Shown piece by piece: positions 25,295 through 40,570 of a stretch of DNA of 64,000 nucleotides. The notes beneath the pieces are model-generated. The model was given only the letters and a program-made list of their open reading frames with translations. It made no database searches and was not told where the DNA came from. Numbering within the stretch: the stretch's first letter is position 1; every line of letters starts with the position of its first letter. Location of the stretch: positions 26,288,001 through 26,352,000 of the forward strand of contig OX597824.1 of NCBI GenBank assembly GCA_951406725.2, in the 5' to 3' direction. This DNA is from Octopus vulgaris (lineage: Eukaryota). A program made the translations under genes and the position numbers.

Positions 25295-25436
25295 TAATGT
25301 AGTGTTATTGATTGGGGCTGCCCCTTTGGCGAAATCTGCGACCGGTAATGTAGTGTTATGGAAGTGCTGCCCCTCTGGCGAAATATGCGACTGGTAATGA
25401 AGTGTTATGGATTGGGTCTGCTCCTCTGGCGAAATT
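25295..25436. repeat. Three tandem ~50-bp repeats (taatgtagtgttat...gcccctctggcgaaat..gcgac.gg)
   Basis: Units start near 25295, 25346 and 25395. Confidence 0.85.
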
Positions 25437-26260
25437 TTCAAAGGATTTTGATGAACATTTTGAAAAACTTTTCAAAGGATTTATAGACTATATAGGCATT
25501 CCTGGACCTATATAGCCTACTCAGGCACCCCTGCACCTCTACAGCCTATATGGGCCCCCTTGGGCCTATATAGCAACTCCTGTGCCTATATAGGATTTTG
25601 GTGAATATCTTGAAAAACTTTTCAAAAGATTTTGATGAAAATTTTGAAAAACTATATGGCCTATATAGGCACAATTGGGCCTATATAGATTCTGGTACAC
25701 CTTTTGAAAAAATTTTCAAAGGTATTTGATTAAAATTTTGAAAAACATTTCAAAGGATTTTGAAATGCTTTTTAAAACTTTCATAAAAATTCTTTGAAAT
25801 GGTTTTCAAAGTTTTCAACAAAATTCTATATAGGTGCAGGAGATACTATATAGGCCCAGGGGTGCCTATAGAGGCTATATAGGAGAAAGGGTTTCTATAT
25901 AGTTTTTAAAGATTTTCATCAAAACCCTTAAAATTTTTTTCAATATTTTCATAAAAATCCTTTGAAAAATTTGTTCAAAATTCTCACCAAAATCTATATA
26001 GGCGCAGGAGTTCCTATATAGTTCCAGGGGTGCCTATATATGCCAGGGCCTGTCTATAGGCTTAGTGGTGCCTATATAGGCTATAAACCTTTTCAAAATT
26101 TTCATAAAAATCCTCCGAAAAGATTTTCAAAATTTTCACCAAAAATACTATTTAGGCGCAGTACGATATATAGGCCCAGGGATGCCTATGTAGATTATGT
26201 AGGCCAAAGAGTGCCTATGTAGGCTATATAGGACCAGAGTTTTCTATATAGCTTTGAAAA
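25430..26260. repeat. Modular imperfect palindrome (foldback-like) built from ttttcaaaggattttgatgaaaattttgaaaa and ggcctatatag modules
   Basis: Modules left of about 25770 appear as reverse complements to the right. Confidence 0.75.
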
Positions 26261-26269
26261 ATATATATA

Positions 26270-26600
26270 TACGACGGGCTTCTTTCAGTTTCCGTCTACC
26301 AAATCCACTCACAAGGCTTTGGTGGGCCCGAGTCTATAGTAGAAGATACTTGCCCAAGGTGCCACATATAATATATCATATGTGTATGGCGGCACGTTGT
26401 CAGAAATGTTAGCACGCCAAGAGAAATGCCTAGTGGTATTTCATCTGTCTTTACATTCTGAGTTTAAATTCCACCGAGGACAACTTTGCCTTTCATCCTT
26501 TCAGAGTCTATAAATTAAGTACCAGTTGTGTACTGAGGTCGATCTAATTGACTGGCCCAATCCCCCAAATTTCGGGCCTTGTGCCTAGAGTAGAAAAGAA
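26270..26600. mobile_element. SINE A fragment (minus, 26270-26366) and SINE C tail variant (plus, 26388-26600)
   Basis: Matches to the families; the C variant ends gggccttgtgcctagagtagaaaagaat. Confidence 0.8.
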
Positions 26601-26608
26601 TATATCAT

Positions 26609-26611
26609 GTA

Positions 26612-26701
<90 letters not shown>

Positions 26702-26800
26702 CCTATCTATCTATCTATCTATCTATCTATTTATGTATGTATGTATGTATGTATGTATGTATGTATGTATGTATGTATCTATCTATCTATCTATCTATAA
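26609..26800. repeat. (TCTA)n/(TGTA)n microsatellite
   Basis: Directly visible. Confidence 0.95.
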
Positions 26801-27394
26801 TATATATACACATACATATATAATATACCAGCACTCCACGACATTCACTCTTTTGAGATATTGGCCATTTTTTATGCCATGTCTATGATAAAAATCCAAC
26901 AAGACTTATTTGAATTGTTGTGAATTATAATAGTTAGTATGAAGAATTAGCTAGCGTGAATTTTAAGTCGTAATTATCTACGACAAAATTGACTTTACTT
27001 TCCGATTGTACTATAAATGCTAAATGTACATAAATAAACTAATGTAGTAATTATTTTCTCTTTCTTCACGTTCTTCAACTTGTTAATGAAATTTATTTCT
27101 GTAATTATGAAACTGTATTTTTTTATAGCGGTTAAAAGAACACGAATTTATTTATCTTCAACATACATGCACGTATAAAATGTCAGCGTTTCAGAGAATA
27201 CATTTCTCGCTATGGCGTTTATGTAGCTGGAGTCAGGATTTATGTATAATGATAACACCTATAAGTAAGTTACAAGTGACGGGTTTATCAATATATATTC
27301 CTACTTCAAAAGTAATATATATATATGTATATATATATTCCTACTTCATAAGTAAAATATATATATACACTGCCGGAAGTTCTTGTTGACAAAC

Positions 27395-27616
27395 AACGGC
27401 AGTAATTTTATTCAGCTGAATACACGTCATTGATTGGTTGAAATTACCGAAATAGGCCTACTTTAACGTGAAATTACTTCGAAAATATAAATTTTTCTCA
27501 AAAATGCTAAGAGCAAAACATGTTTTATACGACACATTCTACCAGTGTCCGAAATGTGAAAGTGTTTAGTTACAAAAAATCATTTTTTGAATCTGTATGT
27601 TGAAAGGTAAAGATCC
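27395..27616 (+). mobile_element. Diverged relative of the 15785-16203 MITE (right half)
   Basis: Shares gattggttgaaatt, ttttctcaa and acacattctaccagt, and ends ...aaggtaaagatcc. Confidence 0.65.
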
Positions 27617-29564
27617 CATTTTACTAGCGAAGTAGGTGATACAGGTCTATATTTACCTCGAATAAATGTCTGCTGAGTCAGGTTTGCATTCCATGTTTGC
27701 AAACATGTTTAAGGGATTTCTCCTCCTTCTATTTTTATGTTAAACATATCTTCTGGTTTATATAGTGCTGCAGGCGAAATTTTCGTGCATTTGTTTCGAG
27801 GTTGGCTGAAGACGTCTATCATTGGAGACCGGAAGCTAGTTTTAAAATGAAATTAACGTTCATTTGAATACAATAAATACGTTTGCAGCTGGTAACTATA
27901 TTCTTCTGTAATTCGTCTGCCATTTAGAAGTGATTCCCGCCAAAATGCTCGCTAATTGCTCTGGGTTGGAATGAATATATGTACGTAGTTATCGAGTGCT
28001 AAACGGGAGCAATAATGTAAGGGTTATTAATAAATTCAGATCGTTAAGCACAATAGTCATAATTAATAAAGAAAATCTGACATTATTGGCCGAAAGCAAT
28101 TTTCTTCTCTTCCTTTCTTTCCTTTCCCTTTTACATTACATCTTATATATTTCTATCAACTCTTCCTCTTAAATATAAAAAGATTATTTCGAGTGAGAGT
28201 TAGTCTATAAATATAGACAATTTGTGTTTTCAATAAACAAATAAAGAAATAAAGTTTAAAAATGGAATAAAAATGACATAAAAAAATAATAAACAAAGTG
28301 AATGATAAAAATAATAACGATAAAAAAAATATTAAAAAAATATCGAGCAAAAGGGAATTTATAGAAACAGACGGTCTTCATTTTAGCAGACGATCAAACG
28401 AAATGATTAATTTCCCGTGCTAGGATAATAAAGATAATATCATTGCTAATACCGCCATGCGTGGGGATGGCGAGAATATTGGAGAGAAGAAAAAAAGAAA
28501 GAAAAAAAAAGAAAGAAAAATACATTGAAGAAATAATTTTGTCGAAATGTTCTGAAGGTTTCTTTTTTTTTTATTTTTTGTTGATCATTTTTATTGTTTT
28601 TGCTTGGTCATTATTTTATTTTTATTTGTTTTGTAAAATATTCGCCCCATCGAACCTAATTTATTTTTCATCTCTTAAGAATAAAATAAAAAAAAAACAA
28701 AAACAAAACAAAATATTAGAAATAATAATAATAATAATAAAAAACAAACCAAAAAAAAAAAATATTGCAGCATGTTGAAATGTTGAAAAGGCCAAACTTT
28801 CGCCATCTTATTTCCGCTGACCGACTATACTTAAAAACAAAATGGAGAACTATTTGAGTTTCTTTCTTTCATTTTTCTCTCTATTCAATGTTTTTGCTTG
28901 GAATTTAGCGACGGTCTTCCAAAGGATTCTCTGTTAACATTGTTTTGTATTAGTGAGAGTGGCTAGAATTAGGCATAAATCAAATTATGTATGCACACAC
29001 TCAGAAAGATTTTTAAAAAATACTAAAAACTAAAAACAACAACAAAACAAAACAAAACAAAGTCATACACACATAGCCACGCTCATATATGGGATTTCTC
29101 TCCTCGGATACAAATTCACTTTTATTGTTGTTGTTATTGTTGGTGTTTAACCCTGGGTCAAGCTCTGATCAAGTACGCTACAGATCAAAAGTGTTTTAAC
29201 TGTGATCATCGCATATTTTTGTTTGTATAACCACTGCGATTACATTTTCAAATATGTCCACCATTCTTTTAAAATATTAGCGCGTGATTTGAGGAGATTT
29301 AGCTGCTATTTCTAGTCGTACGACCAGGTTGATGCTTCGTAGAAATTTTTGTTGGATGGAGGGGAACTTTTGATTAAACGGACCGTGTTTGTTGCAGGAA
29401 ATCATATTATCGATTCCAGAAGTAAAGTATCTTAACCATTTCTCTGATATTTCTACCATATTTGGCGTTGGTAGTGTTGGAGATGTTGTTGTTGGTGGTG
29501 GTGATATTGGGCAACATGGACTCAGTTGACTGTCTGTTACTTTGTACTTAGATACTTGATGGGG

Positions 29565-30560
29565 ACGGCGAGTTGAGTAAAATGCTTAACGGTATTTCGT
29601 CTGTCTTTACGTTCCGAATTCAAATATGGCCGAGGTCGATTTCGCTTTTCATCCTTTCGGAGTCGATAAAATAATTACTAGTTGAACACTGGGGTCGATG
29701 CATTCGACTAATACCCTCTCCTCGAAATGCTGACATTGTGCCAACATTTGAAATGGTATTAGATATTTGATGCAAGACGGCGAGCTGACAGAATCATTAG
29801 CCTGATGCACGGCATGCTTTGCGGCATTTCTTCCTGTTCTTTAGGTTTTAAGTTCAAATGCCATCGAGATTGACTTTCATCCTTTCAGGGTCGACGAAAT
29901 AAGTACCAGGTGAACACTGTGGGTGATGTATTCGACTTCCCCTCCTTTTAACATTGCTGGCCTTGTGCTAAAATTTCGTGAAGTAGCGGAATCGTAAAAG
30001 CGCTGGATAAAATGCTTTGCCGTTTTTGTCACACTTCACATTCAGAGTTCGATTCTCGCCGAGGAAAGTTTTGCCTTACATCCTTTCAGGGTCGAAAAAA
30101 AAAGTTATCAGTGAAGTGCCAGAATCGACTGTATCTACTAAAGGCGGCGAGCTGCCAGAATCGTTAGCACGCCGGGCGAAATGCTTAGCCGTATTTCGTC
30201 TGCCGTTACGTTCTGAGTTCAAATTCCGCCGAGGTTGACTTTGCCTTTCATCCTTACGGGGTCGATTAAATAAGTACCAGTAACGCACTGGGGTCGATGT
30301 AATCGACTTAGTCCGTTTGTCTGTCCTTGTTTGTCCTCTCTGTGTTTAGTCTCTTGTGTGTAGTAAAGAAATAGGTATCTACTAAACCCTCTACTAAATT
30401 TCAGACCTTCTGCTTATGAAAGAAACACTATTAGATATTTCAGTTCTGAGTTCATTTGTTGCTGAGAACAACTGAGTCTTCAATTCCTACGGGCGTCGAT
30501 AAAATAAGTACCACTCAGATATTGGGTTCGGTATAGTTTCCTACCCTTTCCTTTAAGCTC
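29565..30560 (+). mobile_element. Cluster of about 5 same-orientation SINE C copies of different ages
   Basis: Heads near 29565, 29778, 29985, 30142 (young, nested) and 30440. Confidence 0.8.
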
Positions 30561-30829
30561 TTGTGCTTATGTAAGAAATTAATATATTTGATTTAGTTGC
30601 GGCTCTTTATATTTTGAGTTCAAATCACGCTATTTTCATCCAGTATTCGCATTTGAGGCCGTAATATATTAAAATAGCAATCTACGTATCATAATTAACG
30701 TATACACACTATCGACAGACCAGTTACTGCGGTATTTTCACTGAGATAACATCTCCTACGAAAGTAAAGTATCTTAACCATTTCTCTGATATTTCTACCA
30801 TACTTATCAGAGAGAGACGAAAATTCTTC

Positions 30830-32198
30830 CCAGAGCCTTTTTGTGCCTTTTCAGTTGTGTGTACTCGCAGCCAGTCAGAGTTTCCTTGCATGTGGTAAAC
30901 TTCCCAACATGCTAAAAGAGGGTATAATATACCCTGTCCATAAAGGAGGGAGCAGGGCAGATTCTAAAAATTACAGGCCCATCTTTCTGACCTCACATGT
31001 TAGCAAGACAATGGAATGCATTGTCCGAAAAAGGCTGATCACGTTCCTAGAAGAAAACACCTTTCTCACAAACACGCAACAAGGCTTCCGTCCAGGGAGG
31101 AGCAGCACTTTGACTGGGTACTGAAGCAACAGCTAAACCAATCACCTGTAGACGTGATATACCTCGACTTGGCCAAAGCCTTCGACAAGGTTGATCATGG
31201 CATGATATGACACAAGCTGCGAAACCTTGGTATTACTGGGAAACTGGGAGAGTGGCTGCATGATTTTCTGAAGGGCAGGAGTCAGACAGTTGTAGCCAAT
31301 GGCGCTCACTCTGAAGAGACACGAATTTTCAGTAGAGTCCCACAGGGAACTGTACTGGGGACACTGCTATTTGTGGTAGCCCTCTTAGACATACCCTCCG
31401 CCGTACAGACAGCCAATCTGAACAGTTATGCTGACGACACAAAAATATCGCAGGCAGTTAGGAAACCAGAGAACATTATAAAACTGCAGAAAGACCTGAA
31501 TGAAATATGCAAATGGGCTAATAAAAATAACAGGCAGTTCAATACTATGAAATTTCAGGCACTCCACTATCAGTCCAACACCAGGCTACACTGGACCAGA
31601 AGGTAATACAATCCCAGAGTCAGAGTCGGTGCGTGACCTGGGGGTTCACATGAGCAATGATGCAACATTCCATGTCAATATTACCGAGATGGCAACACTG
31701 TGCAGGCGAATGGCTGGCTGGATTCTGAGGACATTCATAACCAGTAAAAAGGAAGCTCTGATACCCATATGCAAGACTTACTTTCTCAGCCGCTTGGACT
31801 ACTGCTCCCAGCTGTGGTCCTCAGAGTGTGTGAAACAAACTGTGGAACTCGAAGCAATCCAGCGCCAATACACAAAGAAAATTGACTCGATACAAAAGAT
31901 GGGCTACAGGGAGAGGTTAAAGAAGATGAGTCTCTATTCCTTGGAAAGAAGACGAGGGAGATATGCGGTGATATATATTTGGAAGGTCTTGGAGGGTTTA
32001 ACTTCTAATTTTGGAATTGACAGCTATACCAAACCTCGAACAGGACGGCACTGCATCATACCAAAGATCCCATTTTCTCAATCTAAAATAAGGACACAGT
32101 ACGACAATAGTCTGGGTTTCAAAGGCCTGCAATTGTTCAACATCCTGTCAGATACCAGCATGATTTCAGCCTTGGGCTGAAACCAGTAAAAAAAAAAA
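30830..32198 (+). pseudogene. CR1-like LINE, 5'-truncated RT region to poly(A)
   Basis: PVHKGGS..NYRPIFLTS, QQGFRPGRS, YLDLAKAFDKVDHG, VPQGTVLG, YADDTK, RLDYCSQLWS and SLERRR motifs. Stops and frameshifts. A-tail near 32190. Confidence 0.9.
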
Positions 32199-32207
32199 TA
32201 TATATAT

Positions 32208-33362
32208 ATGATTAGATATACTGGCAAAGCTGGAAAACTTGGAGAGTGGTTGCATGACTTTCTGAAAGATAGAAGCCAGGCAGTGGTGGCCAATGGAACA
32301 ACCTCAAAGGAAACACAAATAGTGAGCGGCGTTCCACATGGCACTGTCTTGGGACTAATTTTTTTCATATATGCTCTCGGATATGCCCTCAACTGCTCGG
32401 ATAGCCACTCTTGTCAGCTATGCAGACGATACGTATATCTTGCAGAAAATACAAAACCCTAGCCATGTTGCACGCCTGCAGGACAATAATACGCCGTTTA
32501 ATGCTGGAAAATTCCAAGCCTTGCACCACTAGCATCCAAAACTGAACGAAAAACTTACAGGGTACACTGGTCCACAGGGAATTACAATCCCAGAGTCTAA
32601 ATCAGTGAGGGACCTGGGTATCGACATGACTGACGATACCTCTTTCCAAGTGCACATCACCAGAATGGCGAAAAAGTGCCGACGGCTGGCTGACTGGATC
32701 CTAAAACAATCAGAACCAGAGATAAAGAAACCATGATGGTCCTCTGGAGGACATTTGTCCTTAGTCGCCTGGACTATTGCTCCCAACTATGGTCACTCCA
32801 CAGTTTAAAAATTAATAACGTACCTTGAAGCAATCCAGTGAAGCTTCATAAGGAAGGTCGTCTCATTGCAACAGCTGCTGGGAAAGGCTGAAACGCTTAA
32901 GACTCTACACCCTGCCACAAAGGCGGGAGAGATATGCAGTAATATACATCTGGAAGATCCTGGAAGGTTTTGTGTCAAGTTTTGGCATTGAAAGCTACAC
33001 AAATGCCAGAACGGGTCGCCACTGCTCAGTGCCAAAGATCCCAGCAATGTCATCGCGCTTCAAGACCAGTTAATGCACCAACTTGGGTTTCAAGGGCCCA
33101 CAGCTTTTCAATATTCTCCCAAAGAGCCTAAGGGACCTACACAAGGTGGATTTAGGTGTTTTCAAAACAAAACTGGATCTCTTCCCGTCAAGAGTCCTTG
33201 ATGAACCTACCTCGCGACAGAAGGAGCAAATGAGAGCAGCAACATCAAACTCCCTTATTGACCAAATGCCACATATCAAAGGAGGTTCTCAATAATAACA
33301 GTGTAACGAAACAGTGGTGTCCCAGTATGGCCGCAGCTTTGAGCTGAAACTGATAAAAAAGA
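32208..33362 (+). pseudogene. Second CR1-like LINE copy (different subfamily), 3' portion with 3' UTR
   Basis: GKLGEWLHDFLKDRSQAVVANG, SGVPHGTVLG, YADD and GPQLFNILPKSLR. Ends ccagtatggccgcagctttgagctgaaactgataaaaaa. Confidence 0.88.
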
Positions 33363-33759
33363 TGTATTTTTAATATCTATATATATGTGTGAATAAAGAA
33401 TATGAGGGATTTGTTCAGTTGCGATCTAAACGAATAGGTACACTGGGTAAGTACTATAGTTCGTCGACCCAAGTTGTAGGTTAGCATGTCTATACACTGA
33501 GTATTCCGTCATTAGAGACAAGGTATGGATATTTTAGATGGGGAAAATTTACAGTTTACAAGGAATAAAATTCATAGTATATAAGGAATAAAATAGAAGA
33601 ATAAAGGAGTAAAAATAGAAGAATAAAGAGTAAGAGTAGCTAGAAGAATATAGGCAGCAGAATAATGATCACAATTCATCTTCTTCAAGAAGATATGGAT
33701 GTTGGTTGGTCGTTCCATGAAGTACGAAAAAACTAAAAGACTATATCTAAAAAACCTAA

Positions 33760-33790
<31 letters not shown>

Positions 33791-33864
33791 CCCGTGTGTG
33801 TATGTGTCTATAGAAGTTTATATATCAATATGGCCGCAGCTCTGAGCTGAAACTAGAAAAAAAA

Positions 33865-35930
<2,066 letters not shown>

Positions 35931-36416
35931 TTTCCAGACAAACCTGAGAAATATGTAAAGAACGTCGAAAATAATGTCTTCATATCGGGATTAATTAAAA
36001 GTGAACGCGACAGAATCGGTGTGATGACATACATAGAATCGGTGCCAATTCTTCGGGTTGTTTTGGTCCTCAAGAACGCAGGTGTTTCACTTTGCCACTT
36101 TACGCCAACACCTTTTTTTTTTTATTTATTTGTTTTTTTTTTATCATTCTTTTTATTTATATTCTTGTGTTTCCGTTTTGCTTTGCTTTTGTTGTTTTTT
36201 TTTTGGGGGTGGGGTGGGGGTGGGGGTGGGGGTATCGTTTCTTGTCTCTTCTTTTTCCTTATCTTTTGCTCGTCTTTCTTTCTTTCATTCCTGTTTACTT
36301 GTTTGATGTTTTTTTCTTCTTTCTTCTCGACCCTTTTTTATTACCCCCATATATTGCCAACGGATATATATATATATACATACATATATATATATGAATA
36401 TATATGTATATATACG

Positions 36417-36461
<45 letters not shown>

Positions 36462-36645
36462 GCATACATACAAATGTATATATGTATATATACATACATA
36501 CATTTATATAAATATATATAGATGTGCATATATATATATATATATACATCCATATATATATGCATATATATTTACGTATTATATTCACACATTGATGCAT
36601 ACATTCGTTTGTACACACATACAAACACGTAAATATATAAATGTG

Positions 36646-36684
<39 letters not shown>

Positions 36685-36962
36685 TAATTTATATGTGTGT
36701 GTATCTACAAATGTACGTATATGCATATAGAAATATGTTGATATTCATGCATTCATGCTTGCATATGTACTCCCTATTTCATTCTGTCTGACATATACAG
36801 ATATTTGTATGCGTACATACATATATACATACATATCTATATGTATGTATGTATGTATTGATGTATGTATGTATGTATGTATGTTTGTATGTATGTATGT
36901 ATGTATGTATGTATGTATGTATGTATGTATGTGTGTGCGTGAGTGTGTGTGTGTACGTATGT

Positions 36963-37228
36963 GTGGAGGCGCAATGGCCCAGTTGTTAGGGTAGTGGACT
37001 CGCGGTCGTGGGATCGCGGTTTCGATTCCCAGGTTGGGCGTTGTGAGTGTTTATTGACCAAATACATATGAAGCTCTAGAGGGTGGTGGCGAACTCTGCT
37101 GCACTCTTTCACCACAACTTTCTCTCACTCTTCCTTTCTGTTTTTGTTGTACCTGTATTTCGAAGGGCCGGCCTTCTTACACACTGTCACGCCGTATCTC
37201 CCCGAAAACTACCCTAAGAGTACACGAT
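36963..37228 (+). mobile_element. SINE family B, 3'-truncated and diverged
   Basis: ggaggcgcaatggcccagttgttagg head and body match. Confidence 0.85.
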
Positions 37229-37925
37229 CATGTTGTCTCCATGTGCAGTCTTCATGCACCTACAGAGTAACTCAAAAAGCATGATAGAGTTGCACAATAT
37301 ATTCACTGGGTAATTTGCAAAAACCTGGACCTGCCCCATGATAAAAACTGGTGGGAACACAAACCACATCCAGTGCTTGAAAAGGATCACACCTCACTCC
37401 CCTGGAACTTCACCATTCAAACTGACAGAAAGACAGATGCGAATTGGCTAGACATCATATTGAAAGACTTCAGACAAAAATCCTGCCTCCTCATTTATAT
37501 GACTGTCGATATAAACGTATCCGTCAAAACCTACCAAAATCTGAGCAAATATAGAGATCTTGAAATAGAAATTAGCAAAATGTGGAACCTGAAGACTAAA
37601 ACATAGATGCCCTGGGAATAATAGGAAAAGGGGCTGATTGCTACCTAGCTCAGATAACAGGAAATCCCAAAATGGCAGAAATTTCAAAGATAGTACTGAT
37701 GAGAACTGCCCATAGCGTACGTAAAATACTATCTATGTAATCTCAAATTTTAGAACAGATAATGTTCTTATGGTTTCTTAAACATTCTCTAGAACACTAT
37801 GTATAAAACCAAATATATAGCACACTAGGCATAGCACCAACATGAACTAACTTATCTCTTGAGGTCTCTGGGTGAGACTTGGAGCCAGCTTGTACAAATG
37901 CAAAGCATAAGTCAAACATAAAATA
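37229..37925 (+). pseudogene. R4/Dong-like RLE LINE 3' fragment
   Basis: KHDRVAQYIHWVICK..WWEHKP..WNFTIQTDRKTDANWLDII..LLI..KYRDLEIEISKMW: RHD motif and PD-(D/E)xK endonuclease region. Confidence 0.85.
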
Positions 37926-37934
37926 ATAAAATTA

Positions 37935-38148
37935 ACCTTTTCTACTGGAAGTACAAGGCCTCAAATTTGGTGAAAGGGATTAAGTCGATTACATCAACCC
38001 CTGTGCGTAATTGGTACTTAAGTTATCGATCCCGAAAAGAAGAGAGGCAAAGTCGACCCAGGTGGAATTTGAACTCAGAACGTAACGGCAGACGAAATAC
38101 CGCTAAGCATTTTGTCCGGCATCCTAACGATTCTGCCAGCTCGCCGCC

Positions 38149-38149
<1 letters not shown>
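37935..38149 (-). mobile_element. SINE family C tail variant
   Basis: Reverse-complement match. Confidence 0.85.
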
Positions 38150-38224
<75 letters not shown>

Positions 38225-38244
38225 TGATGATGATGATGATGATG

Positions 38245-38289
<45 letters not shown>

Positions 38290-38319
38290 GTAATAATAAT
38301 AATAATAATAATAAAGATA

Positions 38320-38875
38320 AAACCTCCGCTGGCTACTATGTCGTAAATTTGGATATGAGGTTTCGAGTGCTTGGTACAAAAATACACCGGAAAACGTAAT
38401 GGACGAAAAGGAGACGGCCAAAATTCTCTGGGAGTTCGACTTCCAGACAGACAAGGTGTTAGAGCACCGAAGGCCGGATATAGTAACCTTGAGGAGGGAC
38501 AAACAAAAGTGCCTAATAATTGACGTGGTAGTGCCAGGAGATCAACATATGAAAGCAAGAGGAAAGGTTGATAAATATGGAGACCTGAGAATTGAGATCG
38601 CTAAGATGTGGTAGCTACGAGAGTCGATCATAAAGGTTACCCCTATTGTCATCGGAGCACCACCAAGTCTGAAAAAAAACATCTGAAAACTTTAGAAATG
38701 TCCTACAAGCTAGGTGTATTGCAAAAGTCAGCATTACTTGGAACAGCACAGATATTGCGTAAAGTGCTGTCTGTCTCAGGCCCTTGTTGTGACTTGACAA
38801 ACAGTACAAACACCCGGAAGACACAGTATCTTCAATCAACAACCTCAAGATATTGCATACTGAGCGATGTCAAAA
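38320..38875 (+). pseudogene. R4/Dong-like RLE LINE 3' fragment between (AAT)n arrays
   Basis: KILWEFDFQTDKVLEHRRPDIV..LIIDVVVPGD..DKYGDLRIEIAKMW and LQKSALLGTAQILRKVLS. Flanked by AAT repeats at 38150-38316 and 38875-39085. Confidence 0.88.
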
Positions 38876-38967
38876 GTAGTAATAGTAGTAGTAGTAATAA
38901 TAATAATAATAAAAACGATAATAATAATGATAATAATAATAATAACAATAACAACAACAACAACAAC

Positions 38968-38999
<32 letters not shown>

Positions 39000-39579
39000 T
39001 GATGATAATAATAGATAATAATATAACAACAACAACAACAACAACAACAATAATAATAATAATAACAATAATAATAATAATAATAAGTTCAACATAAAAC
39101 AACGGACTTCATGCACCAGATAATTCATCTGTCTATATTTGCCACCCATCGTTCTCACCTGCCACCCACAGTCGGTTCACTCTCTCTTCCCCTCCTCATC
39201 ACTCACCCCTACTACAAAAAAACCCCCCACCCCTTTCTTAATCGTGACCGTCAGCTCCCTTCCTCTCTTCCCTTCCGGTTCTTTTCCTTCCAAATTCCGC
39301 CTTCTCTGTCACATCGCCATCATAATGACGTCATATCTACATTACGAGAGCAATTTTGCCTTCCCCTCCTCATTCAGTTTCCTCATCTCACTCAATATAT
39401 ACTCAAACAGTCTCTCTCTCTCTCACTCTCACTCCACTCAAATTCTCCACTCCCCAGCCTCACTTCATACCTTCCCTCATCCACGTGAACGTGTTTACAA
39501 ACATTTGTTCAACGACATTTCATTTCCATTGACACCATCAGCGTCTTATTGTTACTATTGCTGTTGCTGTTGTTGTTGT

Positions 39580-39616
39580 TCTTTTCTTTCTTTCTTTCTT
39601 TCTTTTTATCCTTACT

Positions 39617-39656
<40 letters not shown>

Positions 39657-39795
39657 TCCTTCCTTCTTTCTTTCTTTCTTTCTTTCTTTTTTCTTTCTTT
39701 TTTTCCTTCTTTCTTTCTTTCTTTCTTTCTTTCTTTCCTTCTTTCTTTCTTTCTTTCCTTCTTTCTTTCTTTCTTTCCTTCCTTCTTTCTTTCCT

Positions 39796-39835
<40 letters not shown>

Positions 39836-39911
39836 TCCTTCCTTGTTTCTTTCTTTCTCTCTTCCTTTCTTTCTTCCTTTCTTTCTTTCTTTCTTTTCTT
39901 CTTTCCTTCCT

Positions 39912-39978
<67 letters not shown>
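39580..39978. repeat. ~400-bp (TTTC)n polypyrimidine tract
   Basis: Directly visible. Confidence 0.95.
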
Positions 39979-40024
39979 CCTCTGCCTCTCGTTTTTTTAA
40001 TTCTGTTACCAGCAGCGGCAGCAA

Positions 40025-40450
40025 CACGACGACGACGACGACGATAAACACCACCACCACCACCACCACCACCACCATCGTTGTCGTCTCATCATCGTTG
40101 TCTTCGTCATCGGTGTCGACATCGTTGTCGTCTCCGTAATCATCATCATCATCGCCGTCGTCGTCGTCGTCATCATCATCGCAATCCTCACCATCACCAT
40201 CATCATCATCATCGTTGTCAACGTCGTCGTCGTCGTCGTCATCATTATCATCATCATCATCATCATTGTCATCATCATCATCATTGTCATCATTATTATC
40301 ATCGTCATCATCATCGTCATCATCATCATCGTTGTTGTCACCGTCGTCGTCGTAGTCATCATCATCATCGTCATCATCATTGCCATCAATAACACCTTTA
40401 CCTTTTTCTTGATTTCTGTACAAACCTCCCCTCCCTTCCTCCGCTACCCA

Positions 40451-40512
<62 letters not shown>

Positions 40513-40518
40513 CACTAC

Positions 40519-40569
<51 letters not shown>

Positions 40570-40570
40570 C
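40025..40570. repeat. (GAC/CAC/CAT/CGT/TAC)n trinucleotide repeats
   Basis: Directly visible. Confidence 0.95.
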
